A stretch of DNA of 64,000 nucleotides from Octopus vulgaris (taxonomy: Eukaryota), in the NCBI GenBank assembly GCA_951406725.2, contig OX597821.1:110732001-110796000 (forward strand). The letters run 5' to 3'. The number at the start of each line of letters is the position of its first letter. The stretch's first letter is position 1. Made by a program: the position numbers and the translations under genes. The notes beneath the pieces were generated by a model, which saw nothing but the letters and a program-made list of their open reading frames with translations, did no database searches and was not told the origin of the DNA. Shown here one piece after another: positions 47,515-61,095 of this stretch.

Positions 47515-47954
47515 AAGCTAAGTCTCAGCGATGACCTTCAGAAAAATTGGAAATCCTGCTGCCACATCTAAAGACATAATGAAGCGATGCCCGAAATTCC
47601 ATGCACTTGATTCTAAAATGTAATTCCATTTCTTCCTTGCTTTTTTTTTTCCCCCATTCCAGCAATGCATCATTTATTTCATATGCTCCATGACATCCTG
47701 CGATTCAAAAGAAGAAGAAAAATGAAAAAAAATTATATTTCAAGCAGCTAAATTGATTAAGAATACGAGATTAAGAATCAATATGAAATTTTAAGCAATT
47801 GAAATTTAAACTTTGCGCATCCAATTTCACGTTTGTAATAGAAAATCATTAACATCATGTGTGGCGCAGGCGTCTCTATGTGTGCGTCTTAGTATTCTAT
47901 TACGTAACTGAACTCGTGCGTTAGTGCTTGATTACGTAACTAAGCGTTCTTCGA

Positions 47955-48900
47955 AGGCGGCGAGCTGGCAGAAACGTCAGCGCGCTGGGCGAAATGCTTA
48001 GCTGTATTTCGTCTGTCGCTGCGTTGTGAGTTCAAATTCCGCCGAGGTCGACTTTGCCTTTCATCTTTTCGAGGTCGATTAAATAAGTACCAGTTACGCA
48101 CTGGGGTCGATATAATCGACTTAATAGGCTGTCCTTGTTCGTCCCCTCTGTGTTTACCCCCTTGTGGGTAGTAAAGAAATAAGTATTTCGTCTGCCGTTA
48201 CGTTCTGAGTTCAAATTCCGCCGAGGTCGACTTTGCCTTTCATCCTTTTGGGGTCGATTAAATAAGTACCAGTTACGCACTGGGGTCGATATAATCGACT
48301 TAATTCCCTTAGGCTGTCCTTGTTCGTCCCCTCTGTGTTTACCCCCTTGTGGGTAGTAAAGAAATAAGTATTTCGTCTGCCGTTACGTTCTGAGTTCAAA
48401 TTCCGCCGAGGTCGACTTTGCCTTTCATCCTTTCGGGGTCGATTAAATAAGTACCAGTTACGCACTGGGGTCGATATAATCGACTTAATTCGTTTGTCTC
48501 TCCTTGTTTGTCCACTCTATGTTTAGCCCCTTGTGGGTAGTAAAGAAATAGGTATTTCGTCTGCCGTTACGTTCTGAGTTCAAATTTCGCCGAGGTCGAC
48601 TCTGCCTTTCCTCCTTTCGGGGTCGATAAATTAAGTACCAGTTACGCACTGGGGTTGATGTAATCGACTTAATCCGTTTGTCTTTCCTTGTTTGTCCTCT
48701 CTGTCTTTAGCCCCTTGTGGGTAATAAAGAAATAGGTATTTCACCCGTCTTTACAATCTGAGCTCAAATTAAGCCGGGGTTGACTTTACCTTTCATTCTT
48801 TCGGTGCCGATAAAATAGGTTCAAGTTGATCACTGGGGTTGATAGAATCGACCTAGCCCGTTCCCCGAAATTCCTGGTCTTCAACCAAAATGTGAAAACC
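47955..48900 (+). mobile_element. Family-1 SINE concatemer (one head + four ~185-bp units + terminal unit)
   Basis: Units restart at tatttc(g) near 48005, 48184, 48369, 48553 and 48737. Confidence 0.9.
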
Positions 48901-48924
48901 AATATTGTTGTTGTTGTTGTTGTT

Positions 48925-49955
48925 TCTCCGCTTTACTCTCAGTCTTAATTGCTGATGGTTGTAAGACAAGAGCCTGCTGTTCACAACAGGCGGTCCATTG
49001 TTAAGCACTTTCCAAAGTACTCTAGGGAGTGTTGTTTTCTGTAGGCACTCTGCCCTGTTGTACCCGATTATTCAATTCTGGTGCTCACAGTGCAAAAAGC
49101 CCCGACAACAATAAAGATCACCTCAACCTTTTTCATTGTCCCCCAGATGCTTCACCTCCCATGATAGCAGTTCGTATCTCTCAATCTACTTCAATTCTTT
49201 GTCACAAACCTTATTGTCACAAACGTTATCGATTCTAGACAGCAATGTCTAGAATCAAACACTGTTTGTTGACTTTGTTAATCCTCATAGCATAAACTCC
49301 CATCAAATTATGGCCTGGTCATTTTATACACCACCGGGTTTATGCTCATACCATTGGTTTATTCTTTCAAGACAGTACTTTCCACATCATTCCCAAAGAT
49401 GGCGCCCATTGTATTCTTTCTGTGTCAGCTTTGTGTACGGGCTGTTGCTATGCCACGCAGTTTCCCTCTTTTCTCCGTACATCCCACATTTCTCTGTTGA
49501 GCCTGGGTTATCAATTTTGTGCTCTACATAATTTATCCTTGTTCCTGTGCTGCACAAATTAAAGCTTCCGTTTCTGGTTTAAGACTACTCTTCCGCATCC
49601 ATAACCACCTCTTCATGAAATCAGTTTCGACTTCTGTATCCTTATAAACCTGCCCGTACATCCTCTTTACTTTCCATCTTTTTTTTCAGTTTCAATTTTC
49701 TTCTATTCAGACTTTTCTTTCCAATCTCCAATTTTCACTTCCAACAGCAATGGTTCAGTAACATTCTTTATGCATCAAGCTACGCTCTTCTCTTCTGCTC
49801 TCGCACGTCTTTCACAACTAATGGGTTCTCACCCTCCTTTCTTTCTTGACACGTTTAATCTGTCAAAACCTTTCCCTGGATGAAAGATTCCATTCATTGT
49901 GAATAACTTCCTCGTTTTCTCATTTAGATATTGTAACTTGTCAACTGTCCACGCA
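48925..49955 (-). mobile_element. Old RLE-type (R4-like) LINE fragment
   Basis: Minus: KTRKLFTMNGIFHP...DRLNVSRKKGG; WMRKSSLKPETEALICAAQEQ. Confidence 0.8.
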
Positions 49956-49999
49956 ATAATTATAATTATAATTATAATTATTATCATCATCATTATCAA

Positions 50000-50060
<61 letters not shown>

Positions 50061-50064
<4 letters not shown>

Positions 50065-50615
50065 AGAGAGCAGTGCATACCATCAAAGTGACACTTGGGT
50101 AAAATATACAAAGCCCAGTATACCCATCATGACTACCCGTTTGATTAGGGTACACCAGGCACATTCATCACAACCATATGTGCGCGACATGGTGATCTCA
50201 TATCAAGATAAGCAGTGCATGACCTTGCAGGTGGGGCCCAGTTAGAATTTTCTTCAGGTCGAGTAGCTCATCCTGCTCAAAAGGTCCCTGAATAAGGGTT
50301 GTTTAAGGATGTTGAACGAAACACCAATGTTTCCCAAAGGTGAATTATTCAAATCCCAAAGAATTTCCCTCATCACATGTTTATGATGCCCCCCCCACTA
50401 CTTCTGCTTGTGGTCAGAGGTGCACGTATCGTCAGCCACTAAGGGACATGGTCAACTGGTTAAGGTCAAACAACTGACGAGCAAATCTGTGGTATTGAGC
50501 AGAATATTTGCTGTAGCCCATCTTTTATACCAAGACAAAACAATATACATGATAACACTCCCAATCAGTTAAGATCAGAAGCCATGAGAGCCACTGCCCG
50601 GTACTGCATTATGGC

Positions 50616-50619
<4 letters not shown>
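50061..50619 (-). mobile_element. ~555-bp (AAT)n-associated element, copy 2
   Basis: Matches 12711-13268. Confidence 0.9.
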
Positions 50620-50664
<45 letters not shown>

Positions 50665-50991
50665 GCTGCTACTACTACTACTACTACTACTACTACTATT
50701 GAGTAGCAAACGATAGGTTCGGAAGAACATGAGACGAAATAGGTTTGCGGTAAATTAGATACGGACCGTTTATTTCTTCATTCATCTCCTGCTGACGTGG
50801 CAGCTTTACCTTTTCGTCCTTCCAACAGATGATACAAATACAATCCTTCTCACACCCGCCAAGTATCAGAACCGATTCAACTGAGTAAGTCCTTCGCCTC
50901 GTCCCTGATACGTCTGATCGTGTGCCAATGCTAGAAGACAATAGCTTGAATGAATTTAGTATGTTACGCAATATGTCATATAGTAAAATTC

Positions 50992-51388
50992 GGATCTTTT
51001 CGGTTTGAACGGCAGTTTTTAACATAATTTCTAGGTAACTAAAATATTTTAAACTTCGTATACTGGTAGAATGTGTTTATAAAACATCTTTTTCTCTTGG
51101 CTTTATTGAGAAAATTCTATAGTTTGTAAGATATTTGTTGTGTTTTTCTTCAATTTCTGCAATTTCAAACAATCACTGACGTCCATTGACGTAAACAACA
51201 TTCTGTGCCGTATGAATATGTCCCTCGTTTAAGAAACAGATTGGGTTTATTTACATTTGTGACGAAAAAAAGATACCCTAACCCTAAAATATATTGAAAT
51301 GCAATAGATCGATACTAGGGTCATAATTATGGGTGACAATTTCATATGACACCGCTAGAAAAAACTGCTGTTCAAACCGAAAAGATCC
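50992..51388 (-). mobile_element. Merlin-like MITE copy 3
   Basis: TIR ggatcttttcggtttgaac(g/a)gcagttttt; exact 8-bp TSD taaaattc. Confidence 0.9.
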
Positions 51389-51916
51389 TAAAATTCTAAT
51401 ACAGGCCCAAGACCAGAAATTTAAGTAGTTGGTTAGATCAAGAGATTGCAACGATATATCAAAAAATAGGATCGATGTATTTAACTTTTCATTCTTTTTC
51501 TTCTTTGCTTTCATAATTTTCGCTTTTCCCCCTCCCCAACCAACTCCATTGGAACAAAAGGTGAACTTTTTCAATAGTCTATAATTTTGAATTATAATAA
51601 TCTAGAATTGTATGTGGGTTTTTTTTTTCTTTTTCTGTTGAGAAATAGAATGAAAATTCGGTGGAATTTCTTTCCGACGGAAATTAAAGTCGATGTGTCT
51701 GGCAGAGCTCATTCACGGCTCATTGCTTCGAAATTAAAGAACAATGGTAATGAAACTTGGTGAATATGTATGTGGATGTGAGTGTGGGTAAGTCGAAGAG
51801 TAGAGAAATAACATCCCGTCAGTGCGACGGCAATCTGGTTTCAGTTCTCAGCTCTAAACACCTTATGTCATCAATTCATTGACGAATGAAATCGAGCGAC
51901 GTATTGGTTTCAAATT

Positions 51917-52052
51917 TTGGCACAAGGCCAGCAATTTTGGGGAGCAATAAGTCGATTACATCGACCCCAGTGCGTAACATGTACTTATTTTATCGACCCC
52001 GAAAGTATGAAAGGCAAAGTCGACCTCGGCAGAATTATAATAATAATAATAA

Positions 52053-52083
<31 letters not shown>

Positions 52084-54933
52084 AATACCTGAATTAAAAC
52101 CTGATTTTACTGAGTTAAATGAAATTATTTACGCTTCTGCTAGGGCAATTGAAACCAGCTGTATGCCCCCGAAAAAACAAAGAAAACCAGACTTGGGAAG
52201 AAATCAAACCTGGAGAAGTAAAATTGAAAAAGAGATTGAATTTATGAGAGGGGAAATATCAATATTAAATGAACTAATATGTGGAAATGATGTAAGATCC
52301 AGAACAGGAAGAAAGATGAAGAGAAAATTTAGACCCTCACCAAGAGAAGAACTGATATCAATAAAAGAAACGCTGAAACAAAAAGTCCAAGCAAAAGCCC
52401 AAAGAATACGAAGATTTGAGAAGAGAAACAAGTTTTACAAGCAAAATAAGCTGTTTACATCCAATGCCAAAAAATTCTACAGAGAAATAGGGAAGGAGAA
52501 AGTAACCGTTAAAGAAGTTCAAAACTTTTGGAAAAGGATTTGGAGTGACAAGAAGACGTACAACATAAATGCAGACTGGATTATACAAACTGAAGGATCC
52601 TACCAAAATTTACAACAAGCATGGGAAGACATCACAATAGCAGACCTAAGAAAGGCACTCACCAAGGCCCATAATTGGAAATCCTCCGGTAAAGATAGGG
52701 TGCCGAATTTCTGGCTCGCATCGCTCCCATGCGCACACGGTAAGCTAGTTCAGCTGCTCAATGGAATTATGAGAGACCCAAAGAAAACACCTGAATGGTT
52801 AGCAAGTGGCATTACTTACCTACTCCCAAAGAATAACGAAACCAACCTTCCAAAAAACTATCGGCCTATAACCTGTCTATCCACCACGTATAAAATCCTA
52901 ACATCTATCCTGGCGGAGAAAACATATGCATTCATGGAGAAGAACGATATTTTCCCCATTAAACAAAAAGGGTGCCGCCGAGGCTCTTACGGATGCAAAG
53001 ATCAACTGCTAATCAATCGTATGATCCTTGAGAACTGTCACAACAAGCGCAGAAATCTCAGCACCGCATGGATTGACTATAAAAAGGCCTTCGACAGTAT
53101 ACCGCATCCATGGATCTTGAGATCGCTGGACATCTTCAAAATTTCCCCTGTGATTTCAAACTTCCTGAAGCACAATATGTCGTTGTGGAATACGAATCTC
53201 CAATTATACCACTCTAATGGAGTACTTGCCTCAGAAAATATAAACATCAACTGTGGAATTTTTCAAGGTGACTCACTTTCACCTTTAATATTCTGCATAG
53301 CCCTAATACCACTTACAAGTGAATTAAACAGAACAGGGTATGGGTATAAAATTGCCAATAAAAAAATAAGCCATCTATTTTATATGGATGACTTAAAACT
53401 TTATGGTAAAGACAATAATGAACTTGAAGGCCTATTGCGCACCGTGAAAGCATTCAGCGATGACATCGGGATGGAGTTTGGACTTGAGAAGTGTGCCAAG
53501 GCCACTTTCCAGAAAGGGAAAGTGAAGACCACAAATTCAGTCGTGTTAGATGTTGACACAGTCATAAGAGAGCTTGAGCAAGAACAAACATACAAATATT
53601 TAGGGATAAATGAAGGCTCTGGTATTCAGCATGCAAGCATGAAAGAGAAGATCAGGAAGGAATGTTATAGGAGAGTTCGTGCAGTCCTGAAATCTGAACT
53701 AAATGCACGTAACAAGGTGTTAGCTATAAATTCCTTAGCAGTTCCAGTTGTTACTTATAGCTACAATGTGTTGAACTGGAATATGAGTGAAGTAAAGAAT
53801 ATAGATAGGAAAATACGCAAGCTGCTGAGTTGTAATAGGATGCACCACCCAAAGGCAGACGTAGATCGCCTTTACCTTCCCAGAGCCCAAGGAGGTCGAG
53901 GCCTGATCCAATTTGAACTAGCTTACAAAACAACCACAATTGGACTGGCCAAATATCTCGAAATATCGAATGACTGGATGCTAAAGCTCGTGGAAAATCA
54001 CGAGAGACGAAAGAAGCTTCATTCTATCATAAAGGAAAGCAAAAACTTTGCTATTGATCTCGTGCAGGATACCCAAACTGGACAACCCGAGGGAAGTACG
54101 GCAACTATTGTTGCAAAGAAGGTGAAAATGATGGCAACGAAAAAAGCGCACGAGCAGTTGGCTGATAGGTGGGAGGAGAAACCTCTGCACGGCAAATATG
54201 TGACCCGCAGCAAACAAGCTGATGTTGACCAGAAGCAAACCCATCAGTGGCTACGGAGCGCAGGGCTAAAAGCAGAGAGCGAAGGTTTCATCCTGGCTGC
54301 TCAAGATCAAAGCCTATTAACCCGGAACTTCCAGGCCAATGTGATGAAAAATGGAGCCGATCAAAATGCCGATTCTGCAACGACATGATTGAAACAGTGG
54401 ACCACCTAATCTCTGGATGTAAAGTATTAGCACCAGTGGAGTATAAATTAAGACATGACAGAGCTGGCCAATATCTACACTGGCTAATAAGTCGGCATTA
54501 CAATATCAAAACTGCCGACAAGTGGTATAATCACCACCCTGAGGTTGTAACTGAAGGAGAAAATGTAACCATTCTGTGGGACTTTCCAGTACATACAGAC
54601 CGAACCATCAAGGCCAATAAACCAGATATTGTTGTGAAAGACCAAAACAATAAAGTTTGCTTATTGATCGACATGAGCATCCCCTGTGATCATAATATCT
54701 CAGCGAAAGAGTTTAACAAGCTCAGAAAATATAAAGACCTGCTCATTGAAATTGAGAAAATGTGGCGTCTCAAGGCGGTTACAATACCAGTGATCGTAGG
54801 AGCACTAGGAATGATCAAGAAGGGAACCGAAAATTATATGAGAATGATCCCTGGCTTACCATCCCTGCAAGAAGTGCAAACAATTGTCTTAACTGGTACA
54901 TCACACGTATTGAGAAGAGCATTGTCGATGTGA
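51917..54933 (+). CDS. RT-CCHC-RLE polyprotein with a single frameshift near 54360
   Basis: KNYRPITCL, AWIDYKKAFDSI, GIFQGDSLSPL, FYMDDLK; second frame CRFCNDMIETVDHLISGC and NKPDIVV...LIDMSIP...KYKDL. The first ~57 codons are SINE/microsatellite sequence. Confidence 0.85.
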
Positions 54934-55100
54934 GAACTGTTGCTGCTCGTGTATTTTAATTTAACTGAAAAAAAAAAAAAAAATGAACGAACTATTGAGT
55001 TTGGTTTAATGGCCTACAAGTGTATACTATGAGTTTCTTTGCCCTAGGAGTCGGGAAGACACTCGGCAAAAAATGGAAGCAAATTTGAAAGAAGAAAAAT
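52086..55100 (+). mobile_element. Young 5'-truncated R4/Dong LINE (family D)
   Basis: Flanked by (AAT)n on both sides; continuous RT ORF; short 3' UTR. Confidence 0.95.
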
Positions 55101-55130
55101 AAAGAAAAAAAAAAAATAATAATAATAATA

Positions 55131-55174
<44 letters not shown>

Positions 55175-55184
55175 AACAATAATA

Positions 55185-55314
<130 letters not shown>

Positions 55315-55330
55315 TAATAATAATAATAAT

Positions 55331-55648
55331 AAATGCCCTGATGCAGTACCAGGCAGTGGCTCTCATGGCTTCTGATCTTAACTGATTGGAAGTGTTAACA
55401 TGTACATTGTTTTATCTTGGTATAACAGATGGGCTACAGCAAATATTCTGCTCAATACCACAGATTTGCTTGTCAGTTGTTTGACCTTAACCAGTTGAGC
55501 ATGTCCCTTAGTGGCTGACGATATGTGCATCTCTGATCACGAGCAGAAGTAGTGGAGGAGCATCATAGCCATGTGTTGAAAGGAATTCTTAGAGGTTTGA
55601 ATAATTCACCTTTATGATACATTGGTGGTTCGTTCAACATCCTTAAAC
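55331..55648 (+). mobile_element. ~555-bp element, truncated copy 3 (a further degenerate piece at ~32285-32460)
   Basis: Reverse complement of ~12955-13268. Confidence 0.85.
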
Positions 55649-56784
55649 TAGGTTCACAAATTACTTTGTTTTTCATTCTAAAATCGTGGGTGTAATTTCT
55701 CAAGCCAAATACAGATACATGCTCAGAGCAAAACCACTTCCGAAGTAATTTTTTTACCATGTTGGTTGTTAAAACATTTAATGTTCTCAATTTTTTATGA
55801 AAAAATAACATCACTAAAATACAGAAATGGAGTTGATTTAGCTTTCAGAATAATTTTTTTATTAATTATTTTCATTTGTGTTATTTTTAATATTTGTTTG
55901 GCTTCATGTGTTGTTGTTGTTAGATTTTTATTTTATTTTAATCTTGTTTTTTTTTTTTGTTCTTGTTTTCATTTTGTTGGAAATGTGAAATTAAGTTCGC
56001 ATAAACAAGGTCGATTTAAAGGGGAGAAAAACGTATCCTCTGGGTATGCATTTGAAATTTATATTGCTTTTCTTTAAGAATTTATCTCAAGAAACAAAGC
56101 AATGCAACTGAAAGTGTTGCTACCATTCCATTTCATTGATACACCTAAGTTCTTGCTCCTCGTCTGTAACCTTGTACAATCCTCAACAAGCAGACATTTG
56201 GCTCAAAGACGACCGAATAATTTGGTAAACCTTCAGATCAAAAGATCTAGTGATGCTATTCCTCTTGTCTAGTTGTAGTCCACATTCTACATTCAACACA
56301 CAATACTTATTTGCAATGTTGCAATGTTGCACTCTGGTCATGTTGTGCAGTTTGCTTTGCTCAGTTTGATATTGTACTCTTGCACATACTACACGGACGA
56401 CCGAGTTGTCCTCCTTAGCCCCAGTTCGGGTCTTCTACACAGTTCGACTTTGGCAGTTTTACATCCGAAATCTATAAACGCAACATCAAATCAGTATTGT
56501 TTTATCTAATACAGTGTGTCGGTGGGAAATATAATCTCCGGGAAAAAAACTGCAGTAAATTTGGCTTTTCGCGAAGTATTTGCGTTAAGTATGATACATA
56601 GATGTCTATTTTAATCTAATTCTGGTTTGGTTGCACATAACAAATATATTACGTTCTTTTTTTTTTGTTTGTTTTTGACGATTTAAAATTTCTTTCTAGA
56701 AGGTCAAATGAAATATGAGTGGACCTGTTTATGAGTGTATATATGTAAAATATTGAAACACTTAAAAAAATTAAAAGAATGTAT

Positions 56785-57350
56785 ATACTACACACTGGAA
56801 TTTGCATCACCGGTCTGGAACCCCTATCTTGCCCAGGATATTAATCGTCTAGAAGCCGATCAGCGACGTGCAACCAAGAGAATACTCTCCATCAGGCATT
56901 TGCCATATTCTGAACGCCTTACTTCCCTGGGCATGGGTACATTGAAACTCCGGCGTCTGGCAGCTGACATTGCAGACACCCATAAAATTATTAACCATCT
57001 TACAAACAATAACTCTGAGCACCTTTTCAAACTCCACCTGTCTAACACCCATGGACATGTTTACAAAGTCAGAAAACAGCACAGCTCCCATGACTTTCAG
57101 AAACATTTTTTCACGATAAGGGTTGCTGAAGCATGGAACAAACTGCCGGCATCAGTTGTTAGTTGTCGGAGCACTTCATCCTTCAAAACTTTCATGTTTC
57201 CTGAGATTCGCCAACACTACACCTGATTTTCTCCCCTCCATACACACGCAAGCATGTATCTGACTTATACACTGTTAACTTTCCAGACATTTGTACATTA
57301 CTGCAGATGCTTTATACGCACTTTTGACAAGTTGTGGTGCACCTGAGCAT
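56785..57350 (+). mobile_element. CR1-clade LINE 3' fragment
   Basis: LEFASPVWNPYLAQDINRLEADQRRATK...LPYSERL...FFTIRVAEAWNKLP. Confidence 0.9.
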
Positions 57351-57505
57351 TATTATTATACACACATATATGATATATGCATATATGTATAGACAGATGA
57401 GGAGGGAGAGAGGGAGAGAAGGAGAGGATAAAGAGAGAGACGACAGACACAGACAAAGGACGCTGCCGGAAAATAGATTAACTCAAACATGTATGAAAAT
57501 TATTT

Positions 57506-57567
<62 letters not shown>

Positions 57568-57669
57568 TCTTCTTAAAATTCAAATCGACATCTTTGTCTA
57601 TATATCTACCTTCTCTATAATGTTATTAACTAATATGAAAATTATGTATTAATGGTAAACCTCTATGAA

Positions 57670-57753
57670 TGGCTGATGATTGCTCAACATTTTAAAATTG
57701 TTGTAATACTTACATTATTTAATAAAATGATGTAGCGTGAAACGATCGTACCA
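57670..57753 (+). ncRNA. Hammerhead motif (sister of 45451) with degenerate stem II
   Basis: tgg-CTGATGA-ttgct...agcgt-GAA-ACGATCGT-A-cca. Confidence 0.6.
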
Positions 57754-57859
57754 AATTACCGAAGATATTCTTGCTTATTTTGATTATAATCACCCCATGG
57801 ATTTATATGGATAACACCATACAAAATTCTGGTGCATCTAACTTAAGTACCATATTCAT

Positions 57860-57923
<64 letters not shown>

Positions 57924-57927
<4 letters not shown>

Positions 57928-58767
57928 TATAAACAAGGGCTAAAGAAGGTTTTTCTAAAGCCAATATACTGATATTCCACATTTAATCTACTTGCTACAG
58001 AAAGTTGAACTGAAATTCGGGCAACTAATCCTTTGGAACATTTAAATTTCGTTATCTCAATAGTGAATCAATTTCGGAATTAACCACATACGGGTTCGTT
58101 CGTCTTCAGTTGAGCTTACGAGAGAATATAAGTAAGGTACTCACATGCGTCCATGGAAACAGCCGAAGCGAATAACACAAGTACATCTGAGTAACCCAAT
58201 TATATCCAAAAATAAAAGTTCTTAGGTTAGTCTCAGAACAACATGTTGACTTCCCGCCGCAACATATTGTAGTGGTTACAAGTCCCCCTGCAGCAAGCAG
58301 TAATCAGTTTACTACTATCAAAAAGGATGAAGCCTTTTTCTCTACAGAAAAAAACTCCATCAGGAATTGTGGCAGTATATTAAAAGAACCTTTACGGTTA
58401 AAAATTATAAATATCTTATAAGCAAGGGCTAAAGAAGATTATTCTAAAGCCAATATACTGATATTCCACATTTAATCTACTTGCTACAGAAAGTTGAGCT
58501 GAAATTCGAGCAACTAAACCTTTGGAACATTTAAATTTCGTTATCTCAATATTGAATCAATTTCTCAATATTGAATTAACCACATAAGGGTTCGTTCGTC
58601 TTCAGTTGAGCTTACGAGAGAATATAAGTATGATACTCACACGCGCCTCTGGAAACAGCCGAAGCGAATAACACAAGTACCTCAGTTCAACATTCTGTAG
58701 CAAGTAGATTAATATACTGCCACAATTCCTGGTAGAGTTTTTTTCTGTAGAGAAAAAGGCTTCATCC

Positions 58768-58772
<5 letters not shown>
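57924..58772 (-). mobile_element. Retrozyme/Penelope-like 1.5-mer tandem (489-bp period) with terminal inverted pieces
   Basis: 57924-58180 repeated at 58413-58680; HHRs at 58056-58114 and 58545-58610; 58682-58772 are inverted copies of internal segments. Confidence 0.75.
58056..58114 (-). ncRNA. Type I hammerhead motif
   Basis: Minus: ctcaa-CTGAAGA-cgaa...ttcc-GAA-ATTGAtTCA(c/A)T-A-ttgag. Confidence 0.65.
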
Positions 58773-58848
<76 letters not shown>

Positions 58849-58921
58849 GAAATTTACAGAAAAACAAAAGACGAACAACAAACAGGCGTATTAGTTTAAT
58901 CCTCGGAAAAGTGAAAAAAGT

Positions 58922-58957
58922 CTTTTATGTTTCGAGCCTACGCTCTTCAACAGAAAG
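58922..58957 (-). ncRNA. Minimal hammerhead variant (CUGUUGA)
   Basis: Minus: cttt-CTGTTGA-a-gagc-gtag-gctc-GAAAC-ATA-aaag. Confidence 0.5.
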
Positions 58958-60232
58958 GAACACGTGGAAATAAGCAGAGAGAGAATAAAAAGACTTGTGG
59001 AGTTAGCGGTCAATCGTGTGTGAGTATGTGCGTGGTGCGTGTGTGTGTATTGCATATGTATGTATACGTGTATGTACGTATGAATGTATATATCACGTGC
59101 CTTTCTCGTTAATGTTTTCATGGTTTATATATCGCTACAAATGAAACACGCGTGTGTGTGTGTACTTCACGCTCGAATATTCTTAAGTTGACGTACGTAC
59201 ATTCTACAAATTGCATATTCGTGCATCTAACATATTTTTTAATTATATTTCCCTTATTTGTACAACGCAAACTTCATATTCCTATATACACGCAATTCTA
59301 ATTGCTTATTACTAAATTAGTATTTCTTATTGTGCTCTGTTCATACATCGCTAATTAATATATCTTCAATTACACAATCTGCACACTTTTAATTAGACAC
59401 TGGTAATTACGCATCATTAATTACGCATTTTAAACCCACCACTTACATTCACCCACCTTTCACTGACTACTTTCAGACATTTATAAATCTGGTCCTTGCA
59501 TGACCGTATCGCTAAGAAGTTGACGTAGGTCTGCGTTCGATCTTATGACGTGATAGGTGTGCCATTCACACGAGTCACTGCAGCAGCAATGTTCGCCTCG
59601 CTCCGATATTTACACAATATATCTTCGAAAAGAATTTATCTCAGGCAAAAATCACAGAATCGTGCCTCTTAACAGTGTATATACATTTGTATGATACAGA
59701 GACGGCGATTTTAATTTAATGCTGTTTCAATTGCGTTCACAGAGTTTTGTTACCGCTCAACAATCTTTACGCGATACCAGTGAATGTGTTATTCACGAAT
59801 TTCGTCTTAGCAAGTGACAAGCAAGTACACGTCATTGAAAACCCTAAATTAAGGCAAAAAATTTCTCATTCTCATGAGTTATTACTGCGGCGATGTTCAT
59901 CTCCATCTGATATATATATACTGTGTTTTAACACAGCAAATCTACGAAGATTATTTTATCTGAGAAAATTTCACAGCTTCATGTCTTTTAACAGTGTATA
60001 TAAACATCTATTATGGCAATTTCAATATAATGTTATTTAGATTGCGTTCACAGATTTGTTTTACAACCCCAGCAAGCTTTTTCCGCAATGACAGGGAATA
60101 TATTACTTACTGTTTTTCATATACATTGAAGCACCAAATTCGCTTTAACAGACGAGAAATGAATGCACGACATTGACAAGGGACAAAATGGCCGAAATGT
60201 GTCGATCATTCTAAATGCGACTGTCATTCTTA

Positions 60233-61095
60233 ACAGTGTCTTGATCAATAAGTATCCGGACTATTGTCATAGTAACGAAACTAAAGCACAGCGTGAAGCC
60301 GCTTGGCACAGATTGACTTTAAACTCTACTGTGCATGCGCACCAAGTTTTAACATTCTGGCTTACTTCCGCTGTTTACAGCAGTGCTTGGAAGGAAGGTG
60401 TGTAGCATGTGATCGTCACAATGACCATGAAAGAGACAGCTGAGAAGAGAATCTGCATCAAATTTTGCCAAAAGCAAAGTTTTTTAAAAATTTTCATTGT
60501 TCTCAACAAAATCAAGACGATCTTGTGCGACTGAAACCCGAGTGTTTTTTTTGGGTTTTTTTTTTTTGTCAACTGAAAGCAGTTTTGGCACAAACTTGGC
60601 AGACACGCGTCCCATACCCAAATCTTCAGTGATAATGGACTGAACTGACCTTTAACTAATTTGCACATCCACTGATAACTCACGGATGGTGATTCGACTA
60701 TTTCCCCTCACAGCTGCACGTACATCTGTTTTTCTCAGTTTTGCTAGTTGCGGGTCTCCCAGAACGTTCGTCAATATTGACATTTTTCCGGCCATCTTGA
60801 AAACGCCCGAACCACTCATACACTAGTATGCGGCCCATACACTCCTCTTCATACATTTTCTGCAACCATGCACAGCCTCTGACCAGGTATCACCGTGACA
60901 ATGTTCTCTGCCATGGTCAATGTGACGATCACACGCTACACACCTTCCTTCCATGCATTGCTGTAAACAGCGGAAGTGAGCTTAGTGTGCATGCAGAGCA
61001 ATGTTCAAAGTCAACCTTTGCCAAGCGGCTTTGTTCTGCATGCTTTATCTTCGTTAGTATGGCAACAGCCCGGAGACTCATTGATCAGACCTCGT
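60233..61095. mobile_element. Mariner-derived element with long inverted arms (two 5' ends)
   Basis: 60233-60430 is the diverged reverse complement of 60910-61095; EKRICIKFCQK transposase N-terminus on plus, further N-terminal remnants on minus. Confidence 0.7.

Noticed and set aside
47955-48900. CRISPR-like regular repeats
   Set aside because: Units are ~185-bp SINE bodies without unique spacers; eukaryotic context and no cas genes.
50696-51025. 109-aa minus ORF with cysteines
   Set aside because: It starts inside a MITE TIR, has no recognisable domain and no clear splice sites.
55331-55400. 5S rRNA-derived head for the 555-bp element
   Set aside because: Only a faint tgatct...ggaag resemblance, with no recognisable C-box.
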